Shown piece after piece: positions 16,301-24,382 of a stretch of 36,446 nucleotides of DNA (the first letter of the stretch is position 1; every line of letters begins with the position of its first letter). This DNA comes from a virus (taxonomy: Duplodnaviria > Caudoviricetes). Made by a program: the position numbers and the translations under genes. The notes beneath the pieces are model-generated. The model was not told where the DNA came from and did no database searches. It saw only the letters and a program-made list of their open reading frames with translations. The DNA lies in the IMG/VR virus record IMGVR_UViG_3300017774_000740, positions 1 through 36,446 of that record. The stretch is one strand, 5' to 3'.

Positions 16301-19300
16301 AGGGCAACATCGTCCCGCTGTCGCGCCGCTTCGACATCACCAGCCCGAAGCTGTTTGAGCAGGCGGCGATGTTTGAGCAGGCTCCCGTCAGTCCAGGCTT
16401 CTACTCCGCGCTTGAGCGCGAGGTAGCGGCAATTGATTCCAAAACGCTGACTGCCGCAGGTTGGGGCGAACGCCTCAGGGGGTTGGTCAACAAGGGTGCA
16501 ATCAAGACGGACGAGCTTGAATGGTCTGGACTGTCTGACTATCTGAAGATGCAGGAAGGCAAGGTGTCCAAGGACACCGTGCTTGAGTTCTTGCGCGGCA
16601 ACGGTGTGCGCGTTGAGCGTGTGTTATTGAGTGAACAGGCAATTGAAACAGTGCCATACACCGTTGAAGAAGGACTTGATGTTGACGGCAACACAAGATG
16701 GTTTGTGTATGACCCAGACGGCAGTCGCGAAATGGGCGTGTTTGACAATCAAGTTGATGCTGAACGAGAAGCTGATCGTTTGACAACTGCAAATGAAATT
16801 GCAAGAGGGAGGCCAAGCGGCACGCCGAAGTTCTCCAAGTACTCCCTCCCGGGCGGCAAGAACTACCGCGAGGTGCTGATTACGATTCCCGCTGGCGTTT
16901 CGCCGCCTGCTCCTGGCCTTTCCAAGACTGGACTTGCTGCGCGGCAAGAGATTTTCGACAAGTATGCACCGCAGCTTCAGGCGCTTGAAAAGGAAATCAC
17001 AAGCCTGATGTTTAGGGCATCGCTCACTGATGCAGAGGCGCAACGTCTCGCAGATGCCGGAAATGAGCGAGATGAACTAGAGGAGAGACGGCGCGAGGAA
17101 GCGAATGCTGCGTATCGCATTCCAGAAAAGCCAAAGCCTTTTGATTTCACAAGTTCCCATTGGGACCAGCCGAATGTTCTCGTCCACTTGCGCCTAAATG
17201 ACCGCGTTGATGCGGACGGCAAGCGCGTGTTGTTTGTGGAAGAAGTGCAGAGCGATTGGGGACAGGCTGGAAGGAAGACCGGGTTTGCTCCTACTGCTGC
17301 TCGTAGGCAAGCAATTATTGACGAATATAACGCGTCGAAAGCTGCGCTTGATGCTGCCGTTCCTGGCAGCGTTGAGGCTGAAGCGGCATATGAGCGTTTT
17401 GAACGCAATGCGGAGGCGTACAACAACGAAATCAACGACGCTTCCATTCCACGCGCACCGTTTGTTGAAACCACTGATGGCTGGTTGAACCTCGGCCTCA
17501 AGCAGATCATGCTTGAAGCGATCAAGGGAAACTACGACCGCGTCGCGTTCGTAAACGGCAGGCAGAGTGCAGATCGGTATGACTTGAGCAAGCAGGTGCG
17601 CGAGATTTCGTGGACCGGATACGACTCGCGTGGCGCGGCCAAGTTGGTCACCATCACGCCGCTTCAGGGGAATCTCATTGAGATTCCAATTGATGATCGT
17701 GGCGTTGCTATTTCCACGGGCAGCCAGTTCGACGGCAAGCCGCTGGACGAGATTATCCCGAAAGAGATTGCCGACCAGGTCATGGCCGAGCGAAGCGGCG
17801 ACATTAGCGGCGATGGCCTGAAGGTTGGCGGAAAGGGAATGATTGACTTCTACGACAAGATCGTGCCTGCGGCTGTCAACAAGCTGCTCAAGAAGTACGG
17901 CGGCGGGAAGCTTGGTTCGGTTGCACTTGGCACACGTTGGGATGCGTCAGTTGCAGAACAGCAGCAATGGAATGCAGAGCGAGTGTTGGAAGTTCTTGAC
18001 GGTGGCGGCGAGGTGTATTTGACTCGGCGAGGCCAAGAAGAACGAATTACAAACCGTGAGCAACTTGACGAATACATCCGAGAGAATGGCAACCCAGATT
18101 TTTGGGTGATGGGTGACAAATTGCCAAAGATGGATCAACCAGGTTTCCCTATCACGTTAGATATGGTCAATAAGCTGGAGTCCGGCCTACCGCTGTTTCA
18201 GGCTATGCCGTCTCCCGGCCCAGCCCGAGGCGGATATGACCCTGCGCGGCTGAAGATTCTGTTTGGTCCGGGCGCTGACTTTACGACCGGAGCGCACGAA
18301 CTCACGCATTTCTACGTCGATTACTACACCAGGCAGGCGATGGCCGGCACGGCTACGCCGCAGATGCTTACGGATTTGGATGCCATGTTCAAGTTCATGG
18401 GCGTTGCTGGAGACACGCCAGAGGCACGAATGGCGGCGTTCAACGCAATGCCGTTTGAAACCTCTAGGCCGTTGATTGAAACGATCACCTACAACGCGGA
18501 GATCTATCTGTTTGAGGGCAAGGCTCCGAGTCTTGAACTGGCTGGCGTGTTTGACCGCATGCTGGCGTTCTTCCGCAGGGCGTACAAGAGCATTGCCGAC
18601 TTCATCACGCAGCAGCAGGCCATCTATCGCCGAGAGTTTGGCCGCGAACTTCCTGTCCTAAATGACGAACTGCGGGCGGTCTTTGACCGGATGCTGGCAG
18701 ACGAGCGGCAGATCAAGCAGGCTCAGGCCGTGGCACAAATGCGCGGACAGTTCACCGTCAAGCCCGAGGGCATGGACGATGCTGAGTGGGCGGCATATCA
18801 GGAGATGGCTGGCGAAGCCACGAATGCGGCCATTGCGGATATGACCAAGGCCAGTCTGCGGCAGATGGAATGGCTGTCGCGGGCGCGTAGCCGGATCATC
18901 AAGGACATGCAGGCGCGGCACACCGCCCAGCGCAAGGAAGTCCGAGAGCGTGTCCAGCGCGAGGTGCAGCAGGATCCTTTGTACCGGGCAATGGCGTTCC
19001 TGAAGCGGGCGCAAATCGTGGCCCCGGACGGTGCCACTACGAAGGCCGAGGGAGTACACAGGATTGACAGGGTGCTGGCGGCAGAGTTTGCCCCAACCGT
19101 AGACCTGGCGCGCCTTGGCGGTCGTTTTGGCGTCCTACAGGACGATGGGCTGCATCCTGATGTCGTGGCCGAGATGTTTGGCTATCCGGCTGGCGCAAGT
19201 CTCCTACAGGCTTTGGCTGACGCTAAACCGATGCGGGAGGTTGTGGAGGACCGGACTGACGCGGAGATGTTGCGCCTGTACGGGGAGATGAACACGCCGG

Positions 19301-22011
19301 AGTCCCGTGAGCAGGAGATCCAAAAGGCGCTCCACAACGAGGCTAGGGCGCGGCTGGTGGGTGTTGAGTTGCGTTTTATGGGCAAGATTCGCCAGCCAGT
19401 ACGGGTGCTGATGGAAGCCGCTCGCCAGGCAGCCCAACAGGTCATCGGACGTAAGCGCGTGGGAGAACTGCGTCCAAGCGAGTTCATCGCGGCAGAGGCC
19501 AAGGCATCCCGAGAGGCCACGGCTGCGATGCAAAACAACAAGCCTGATATGGCGGTACGCGCCAAGCGGGCGCAGCTCCTGAACAACCAACTGGCAAAGA
19601 CTGCGCTTGAGGTTCGCGACGAAATCGACGATGGAGTTCGGTATCTGCGCAGGGTGTTGCGTGATAGCAATCGCCAGCGTATGGGCGCGGACGTTGCAGA
19701 CCAAATCGCTGGTCTGCTGGATCGTTTCAACATCGCGCCGATGACGGCAGATGAGGCCAACCGAGTCCGAACGCTATCAGAGTTCTTGGCATCGCTTGAG
19801 GATCGTGGCCTGGTCCCAGACATTGCCGAAGCCATAGGAATGCGTGACACGCGCATCCCGTACAAGAACATGAACATCGCGGACTTCCGCGATCTTGTCG
19901 ATGCAATCAAACAACTTGAATACATCGGAAAGAACGAACGCAAGATTCTATTGGCAAAGGAAAAGGCAGAGTTTCAGGCGGTTCGGGATGAGATCGTAAA
20001 GAGCGTTGTAGATAACGCTGGCGACCGCAAGGCCAACGCCAGGACGGCGACTACCAACATCGGCAGGGCCGTCACGGCCATGAAGGGATTCGCGGCGGCG
20101 CACCTGAAGGCCGCATCAATTGTCCGCATCATGGATGGTGGTAAGGATGGCGGGCCGTTGTGGAACTATCTGATCCGGTCTGCAAACGAAGCCGGAGATA
20201 CAGAAACCACCATGAGGGCAGAAGCAACCGCTGACCTGACCAAGATCCTTGAACCAGTATTCCGCGCTGGAAAGCTTGGTGGAAAGGGCATTTTCTTCCC
20301 GACGATCAACCGAGCCATGAATCGCGAGGCACGCCTAGTTGTGGCCCTAAACATGGGCAACGCTGGCAACATGCAGCGCCTACTGGATGGCGAGGGTTGG
20401 AGCATTGAATCCGTCCTTCCTGTTCTGCAATCGCTGACAGAGGACGAACTGAATACGGTCCAGCAGATTTGGGACTACTTTGAGAAGTACCGCCCCATGA
20501 TTGGACAGAAGGAACGCCGCCTGTACGGCAAGGAACCGGCATGGGTTGAGCCTCAGCCGCTTGTGGTTCAGTCTGCGGACGGAAAGACCGTCACGCTTCG
20601 TGGTGGCTATTACCCGATCAAGTACGATCCTCGCGCATCACAACGGGCCGAAACGATGTCTGAGGCCGATGAGGCCAAGCGCGATTTGGCTGGTTCATAC
20701 ACAACCGCAACGACGCGACGCAGTTTCGTGAAATCGCGTGTTCGCAAGGTTGAGGATCAACCGCTGCTGTACACACTGGCTGGCATGTATGGCGGAATCA
20801 ATGATGTGATCCACGATCTGACGTGGCACGAATGGCTGATCCAGGCGAACCGTCTGATGCGATCCAAGTCGTTCGATGAGGCTGTGCGAAACCGATACGG
20901 ACCAGAATATGTGGTGCAGCTCAAGAACTGGATAAAGGATGTCGCTGCCGGCGAGCGTGGCGTGCAGAACGAAGCCGAGATGGCGCTGAACTTCCTGCGG
21001 CAGGGCATTAGTTCTGCTGGCCTAGGTTTCAACATCGTGAGTGCGGCCATGCAGATCACTGGTTTCAACCAGTCCATTGTGCGCGTCGGAGCAAGGTGGA
21101 TCGGTCGCGGCATTGCATATGTCGCGCAGAATCCGATGATTGCAATGCGAGAGGTAAACGAGAAGTCGGAGTTTATGCGGAACAGAAGCCGCACCCAATT
21201 CCGAGAACTAAACGAGATCCGGAACATGGTGCAAGGCCAAAGTGTCGCCATGCGCCGCGTGCAGATGGGCACCTACTTCCTGATGATGCGGATGCAGCGC
21301 ATGGTCGATGTACCGACGTGGCATGGTGCATACGAGAAGGCCATGTACGAAGGACGCGATGAGGAGACTGCTATTGCGCTTGCGGACCAGGCGGTGATTG
21401 ACTCACAGGGCGGAGGCATGGTCAAGGATCTTGCTCGCGTTGAGCGTGGCGGTCCTGCGGTCAAGTTGTTCACGGTGTTTTATGGGTACATGAACACGGT
21501 CTACAACATGGCTGCTGTTCAGACGATGACGAACAAGAACAAGGGCCGTTTGGCAGCCGATTACGTTATGTTGTTCGTGGTTCCAGTTGTTCTGTCCTAC
21601 ATGCTGAAGCAGGCGCTTATCCCACGAAAGGGAGGCGAGGACGAGGAGTGGGATATGAGCAAGATTGGACGAGAGCTTGCCGCAGAGCAGTTGTCGTACC
21701 TGATGGGAACGATGGTCATTGCTCGTGAGTTTGGCGAGGTTGGAAAGATGATCTTTGGCGTCGAAGGACCGCGCATGGGCTATGGCGGTCCAGCCGGATT
21801 GAGAGCAGTCGGTGAGACATACCAGTTTGCAACACAGGCATCGCAGGGTGAATTTGATACCGCGTTCCGCAAGTCGGCAGTCAACATGATCGGCGCGTTT
21901 ACTGGTCTTCCAAGCGCCCAGGTGAACCGCACGCTTGATGGCCTTGAGGCGCTGTATGAGGGTGAAACGAAGAATGTTTTGGCACCACTAACTGGAGCAA
22001 AGAAGCGATGA
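13342..22011 (+). CDS. Giant ejection protein / large polyvalent protein (~2,890 aa)
   Basis: ATG at 13342 overlaps the upstream TGA (ATGA). Gly-rich hydrophobic N-region, EATEEGLQE motif, ART-like module (~15757-16350), EEVQSDW module (~16396-18200), HELTH (18295-18309), C-terminal LRGGYYPIKYDP...DSQGGG region. Confidence 0.88.
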   Translation: MIPFTPDDRRAQFAPSQNVGGAVDRDVLDIIGAQPQQTMAAQVDYEVPDIKPVDPDVVAIVNQNQGPLMASLMGASQVNPDQAAEAKRIGSQIGIGQDIALRNMDDVRQRAFMADVQRRDIARANPVLAGFLTDRTFANEASDDIGTLDRVGSFFADIGRAAAGRPMYYTAGELARGYMRGQLVAERGEIGTRAILGEAEETNFARAKQIQAEMRDLAGGGILASTAEVVAQNVAQAREVVGAGLVGGAAGSVIPGIGTMTGFAGGLGTGIVLTTAKMEAGNLYLDLQEQGISDDTAVPIAVGAGLLNGVVEAVGMKVAAAPFRQLAVRVMREQIAEAIQKPTMRAALAAAGKAYVVQVGSEATEEGLQEIVNIAGEELAKGMEGIDSETTMRDAAKRVLDSFVQGAMGGSILGGIGPGANLYVDLRRANKATKQTRFFDDLSKNATESKLKARDAGAYERFVAATADGTGADTVFVDGATIRDVLTQAGVTDTQLDAIIPGMAQQVRQAVELGNDVTLPTSQFAARLAGTKLGDALMPHMRLSPDAMSAMEAQQFEQSREALVEEARALLDAKTEAESAFVQEADQIASSMRDRLVAAGRDPAMAEVESLVHQAFVVTQAARRGMTPSQFEAESGLREIVGVPKVGAPMEQAAIPKPSARVVELLPTSQVLDERGFGPITHPVDGDEVAAGRAMRTVLGGIDVPRKYLKTQEAFDYLLGAINQVLLNKSKDSADYDRAAASMGRALRTDLATVDDIVISAKKLGYAGIDQDFRIETEDTLTKTDVMEVLDQIPIAPEMFDQASRMDADYLAAVERGDMATAQRMVDEAARAAGYNIGPLYHGGITRIDVPRGVRGVAASASFNRDIAQQYADQMQEAYSEGNAVLPESAQIVGPTVSRWYAKGEIFDPRNQSHIERAGLKDRDLAFTWEDYEIGWEGGLSDVARAIRNAGFSGYLERESATDAFENVSFFKPEAIKSADPVTYDEQGNIVPLSRRFDITSPKLFEQAAMFEQAPVSPGFYSALEREVAAIDSKTLTAAGWGERLRGLVNKGAIKTDELEWSGLSDYLKMQEGKVSKDTVLEFLRGNGVRVERVLLSEQAIETVPYTVEEGLDVDGNTRWFVYDPDGSREMGVFDNQVDAEREADRLTTANEIARGRPSGTPKFSKYSLPGGKNYREVLITIPAGVSPPAPGLSKTGLAARQEIFDKYAPQLQALEKEITSLMFRASLTDAEAQRLADAGNERDELEERRREEANAAYRIPEKPKPFDFTSSHWDQPNVLVHLRLNDRVDADGKRVLFVEEVQSDWGQAGRKTGFAPTAARRQAIIDEYNASKAALDAAVPGSVEAEAAYERFERNAEAYNNEINDASIPRAPFVETTDGWLNLGLKQIMLEAIKGNYDRVAFVNGRQSADRYDLSKQVREISWTGYDSRGAAKLVTITPLQGNLIEIPIDDRGVAISTGSQFDGKPLDEIIPKEIADQVMAERSGDISGDGLKVGGKGMIDFYDKIVPAAVNKLLKKYGGGKLGSVALGTRWDASVAEQQQWNAERVLEVLDGGGEVYLTRRGQEERITNREQLDEYIRENGNPDFWVMGDKLPKMDQPGFPITLDMVNKLESGLPLFQAMPSPGPARGGYDPARLKILFGPGADFTTGAHELTHFYVDYYTRQAMAGTATPQMLTDLDAMFKFMGVAGDTPEARMAAFNAMPFETSRPLIETITYNAEIYLFEGKAPSLELAGVFDRMLAFFRRAYKSIADFITQQQAIYRREFGRELPVLNDELRAVFDRMLADERQIKQAQAVAQMRGQFTVKPEGMDDAEWAAYQEMAGEATNAAIADMTKASLRQMEWLSRARSRIIKDMQARHTAQRKEVRERVQREVQQDPLYRAMAFLKRAQIVAPDGATTKAEGVHRIDRVLAAEFAPTVDLARLGGRFGVLQDDGLHPDVVAEMFGYPAGASLLQALADAKPMREVVEDRTDAEMLRLYGEMNTPESREQEIQKALHNEARARLVGVELRFMGKIRQPVRVLMEAARQAAQQVIGRKRVGELRPSEFIAAEAKASREATAAMQNNKPDMAVRAKRAQLLNNQLAKTALEVRDEIDDGVRYLRRVLRDSNRQRMGADVADQIAGLLDRFNIAPMTADEANRVRTLSEFLASLEDRGLVPDIAEAIGMRDTRIPYKNMNIADFRDLVDAIKQLEYIGKNERKILLAKEKAEFQAVRDEIVKSVVDNAGDRKANARTATTNIGRAVTAMKGFAAAHLKAASIVRIMDGGKDGGPLWNYLIRSANEAGDTETTMRAEATADLTKILEPVFRAGKLGGKGIFFPTINRAMNREARLVVALNMGNAGNMQRLLDGEGWSIESVLPVLQSLTEDELNTVQQIWDYFEKYRPMIGQKERRLYGKEPAWVEPQPLVVQSADGKTVTLRGGYYPIKYDPRASQRAETMSEADEAKRDLAGSYTTATTRRSFVKSRVRKVEDQPLLYTLAGMYGGINDVIHDLTWHEWLIQANRLMRSKSFDEAVRNRYGPEYVVQLKNWIKDVAAGERGVQNEAEMALNFLRQGISSAGLGFNIVSAAMQITGFNQSIVRVGARWIGRGIAYVAQNPMIAMREVNEKSEFMRNRSRTQFRELNEIRNMVQGQSVAMRRVQMGTYFLMMRMQRMVDVPTWHGAYEKAMYEGRDEETAIALADQAVIDSQGGGMVKDLARVERGGPAVKLFTVFYGYMNTVYNMAAVQTMTNKNKGRLAADYVMLFVVPVVLSYMLKQALIPRKGGEDEEWDMSKIGRELAAEQLSYLMGTMVIAREFGEVGKMIFGVEGPRMGYGGPAGLRAVGETYQFATQASQGEFDTAFRKSAVNMIGAFTGLPSAQVNRTLDGLEALYEGETKNVLAPLTGAKKR

Positions 22012-22012
22012 T

Positions 22013-22045
22013 GGTGCCCGTACTCGTGACCGATATCAATAGGTT
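22013..22045 (+). promoter_or_regulatory. Putative late promoter 3 (GGTGCCCGTA-N17-TAGGTT)
   Basis: Exact 10-mer at 22013-22022, 17-nt spacer, TAGGTT at 22040-22045; upstream of the tailspike operon. Confidence 0.78.
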
Positions 22046-22072
22046 TGCACCGACTTCACAGGAGTCCTGACC

Positions 22073-24379
22073 TTGACAATTAGCAGCACAACGCGCATTG
22101 CCGGCCCGTTTGTTGGAACTGGATCTGCCAGCGTCTTTCCATTTACCTTCAAGGTATTCGCGGCGTCTGATCTGGACGTGATCCGCCTGAACAGTTCAAC
22201 TGGCGTTGAAACGACGCTAGTGCTGACGACGAATTACACGGTCACACTGAACGGCAACCAAAACACGAATCCTGGCGGAAGCGTCACGCTGGTCGCTGGC
22301 GCGCTCGCCAGCGGATTCACGCTGACGATCACTTCAGACATCTCCAACCTTCAGCCAACCGACCTGACGAACCAGGGTGGGTTCTACCCCGAGGTCATCA
22401 CGGACTCGCTGGATCGGGCAACGATTCAGATCCAGCAGATGTCTGAGGACGTTGGGCGCAGCCTGAAGGGTCCGATTTCGGACGGAAACCTCAACATGGA
22501 ACTGCCGACCGCCTCGCAGCGGGCGAACTCGTTCTTGGCGTTCGACGCCAATGGCGTCCCGACGGCAGTGGTGTCCGGCTCGACTGGCGCACCTACGACG
22601 ATCACTCGTCAGGTGTTCAGCGGTACGGGGTCGCAGACGGTGTTCACGCTGGCAAGTGACCCGGGTGCGCTCGGCAATAGCGCCCAGGTCTACATCGGCG
22701 GCGTGTATCAGCAGCGCAGCACCTACACCATCGCCGGAACGACGCTGACCTTCAGCTCCGCCCCGGTCGCCGGCACCGACAACATTGAATTCGTGAACTT
22801 CCTGACGAGCAACATCGGCGCGACGAGCGCCGACCTCGTCACCTACACGCCGAGCGGTACAAGCGCGGTCGCCCGCAGCGCGGCGAGCAAGTTTGGTGAA
22901 ACGGTCAGCGTCAAGGACTTTGGTGCGGTTGGCAACGGAGTGGCTGACGACACGGCGGCGATCAACGCTGCAATCGCATCTATTCCTGCGTCAGGTGGAA
23001 TCGTGTTGTTCCCATCGGGTGTTTACAAGCTCGTTGGAACATCCGTCAACTTCACGCGGCGTAGCCACATCCCAATCCTCAGCAAGCAAAACATCCATCT
23101 GATTGGCTACGGAGCTACGTTGCAGTCAACGTACTCAGCAGCAACAATCAATGATCTTGCCGAGGTGATACATGTCGATTCCAGCGACAACATCGTGGTA
23201 GAGGGATTTGAAATCACGACGCAGTTCGTGAGGGCATCTGGAGCGTATGATCCATCCGACTACGCATGCCGAGCTATTAGCGTCGGATCATCCACTGCCA
23301 ACGCCAAGAATTTCGCAATGAGAGACATTGCGTGCAATACCGCGTTCGCGCTGTTCACGACGTTCGGCTCGGCAACGTATCGGATGCGGAACATTATCGT
23401 TGAGAATTGCTCGATTGATGTCTGCTATTACGGGGTCAACTTCCAGGGCAATGGAGACAACGCACGAATCGAGAATCTACAGACGAATCGTGTCAACCGT
23501 TCATATTTCGTCTATGGCGTCACGAACCATGTTGTCAACTATGTTTCTACTGGCCAAGACGTGCTGTTCCATGACTGCCTGATTTCTGCTATTGAAGGAA
23601 CGACCACAAATGATATTGATGTTCGCGCATCTATCAGAAACAGCGTTTCTACTGATTCGCTTGTTGCGCTGTATTCAGTCGCGACGACCGCAACGCCAAC
23701 ATACGGAATCCTTCGCAACATCAGCCTGAACGTCAACGATCTCACCAGCACGGCTAGTTCGTATTCCGTCACGCTCTACAACTTTTTTGACGGCGTAAGC
23801 CAATCAGGATCAATTGCTCAGACGTGTTTCGACAACATTTCCATCTCAGGAAATATCCGAAACGACGTTGTGATGAACGCCACGCAGTCACCGCGTGGAT
23901 TGATGAATCTCGATGAGTTGCGTATTGGAACGACTGCAACGGTGGTTGATAGCGGCGTATGGACCAAGGGTTTCTATAACGGAACCGATCAAGTCGGAAC
24001 CTGGACTCCCACGTTGCAATGTGGAGGTGCATCGGTTGGATTTGTGCAGGCGTCATCAATTGGGCGATTCATCAAGCGTGGACGCATGGTTTGGTTCCAC
24101 GGCGAAATCTTGTTGTCAACCAAGGGCAGTTCGACTGGCGCAGTAACGATTGCTGGCTTGCCGTTCACTAATCTCAATGGCAACTTCACGCCGATTTCAT
24201 GCGTTGGATTTTCTGGAATGAGCGGACTTGGTGGCGCGATTATCGGGTATATCGAGAGCAACAACACATTCGTTTCTCTTGGAACCCAGGCAGCAACTGG
24301 CCTCCAGGCTATCACCGACACATCCCTGACTAACACATCAAGGTTGTTCTTCTACGGCGTCTATCAGACGACGAACTAA
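22073..24379 (+). CDS. Tailspike 1: N-terminal tail anchor plus beta-helix (pectate lyase-like) domain
   Basis: AGGAG RBS and TTG start; FPFTFKVF...DL.V and TDLTNQGGFYPEVI.D.LDR.TIQIQQ anchor; VSVKDFGAVGNGVADDTAAI..IVLFPSGVY beta-helix cap; C-terminal GTWTP...ITGLPF-type domain. Confidence 0.9.
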   Translation: MTISSTTRIAGPFVGTGSASVFPFTFKVFAASDLDVIRLNSSTGVETTLVLTTNYTVTLNGNQNTNPGGSVTLVAGALASGFTLTITSDISNLQPTDLTNQGGFYPEVITDSLDRATIQIQQMSEDVGRSLKGPISDGNLNMELPTASQRANSFLAFDANGVPTAVVSGSTGAPTTITRQVFSGTGSQTVFTLASDPGALGNSAQVYIGGVYQQRSTYTIAGTTLTFSSAPVAGTDNIEFVNFLTSNIGATSADLVTYTPSGTSAVARSAASKFGETVSVKDFGAVGNGVADDTAAINAAIASIPASGGIVLFPSGVYKLVGTSVNFTRRSHIPILSKQNIHLIGYGATLQSTYSAATINDLAEVIHVDSSDNIVVEGFEITTQFVRASGAYDPSDYACRAISVGSSTANAKNFAMRDIACNTAFALFTTFGSATYRMRNIIVENCSIDVCYYGVNFQGNGDNARIENLQTNRVNRSYFVYGVTNHVVNYVSTGQDVLFHDCLISAIEGTTTNDIDVRASIRNSVSTDSLVALYSVATTATPTYGILRNISLNVNDLTSTASSYSVTLYNFFDGVSQSGSIAQTCFDNISISGNIRNDVVMNATQSPRGLMNLDELRIGTTATVVDSGVWTKGFYNGTDQVGTWTPTLQCGGASVGFVQASSIGRFIKRGRMVWFHGEILLSTKGSSTGAVTIAGLPFTNLNGNFTPISCVGFSGMSGLGGAIIGYIESNNTFVSLGTQAATGLQAITDTSLTNTSRLFFYGVYQTTN

Positions 24380-24382
24380 CCC

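Noticed and set aside
19182-21272. Several 100-250 aa antisense ORFs within the giant gene
   Set aside because: Typical shadows of a GC-rich coding strand with no independent signals.
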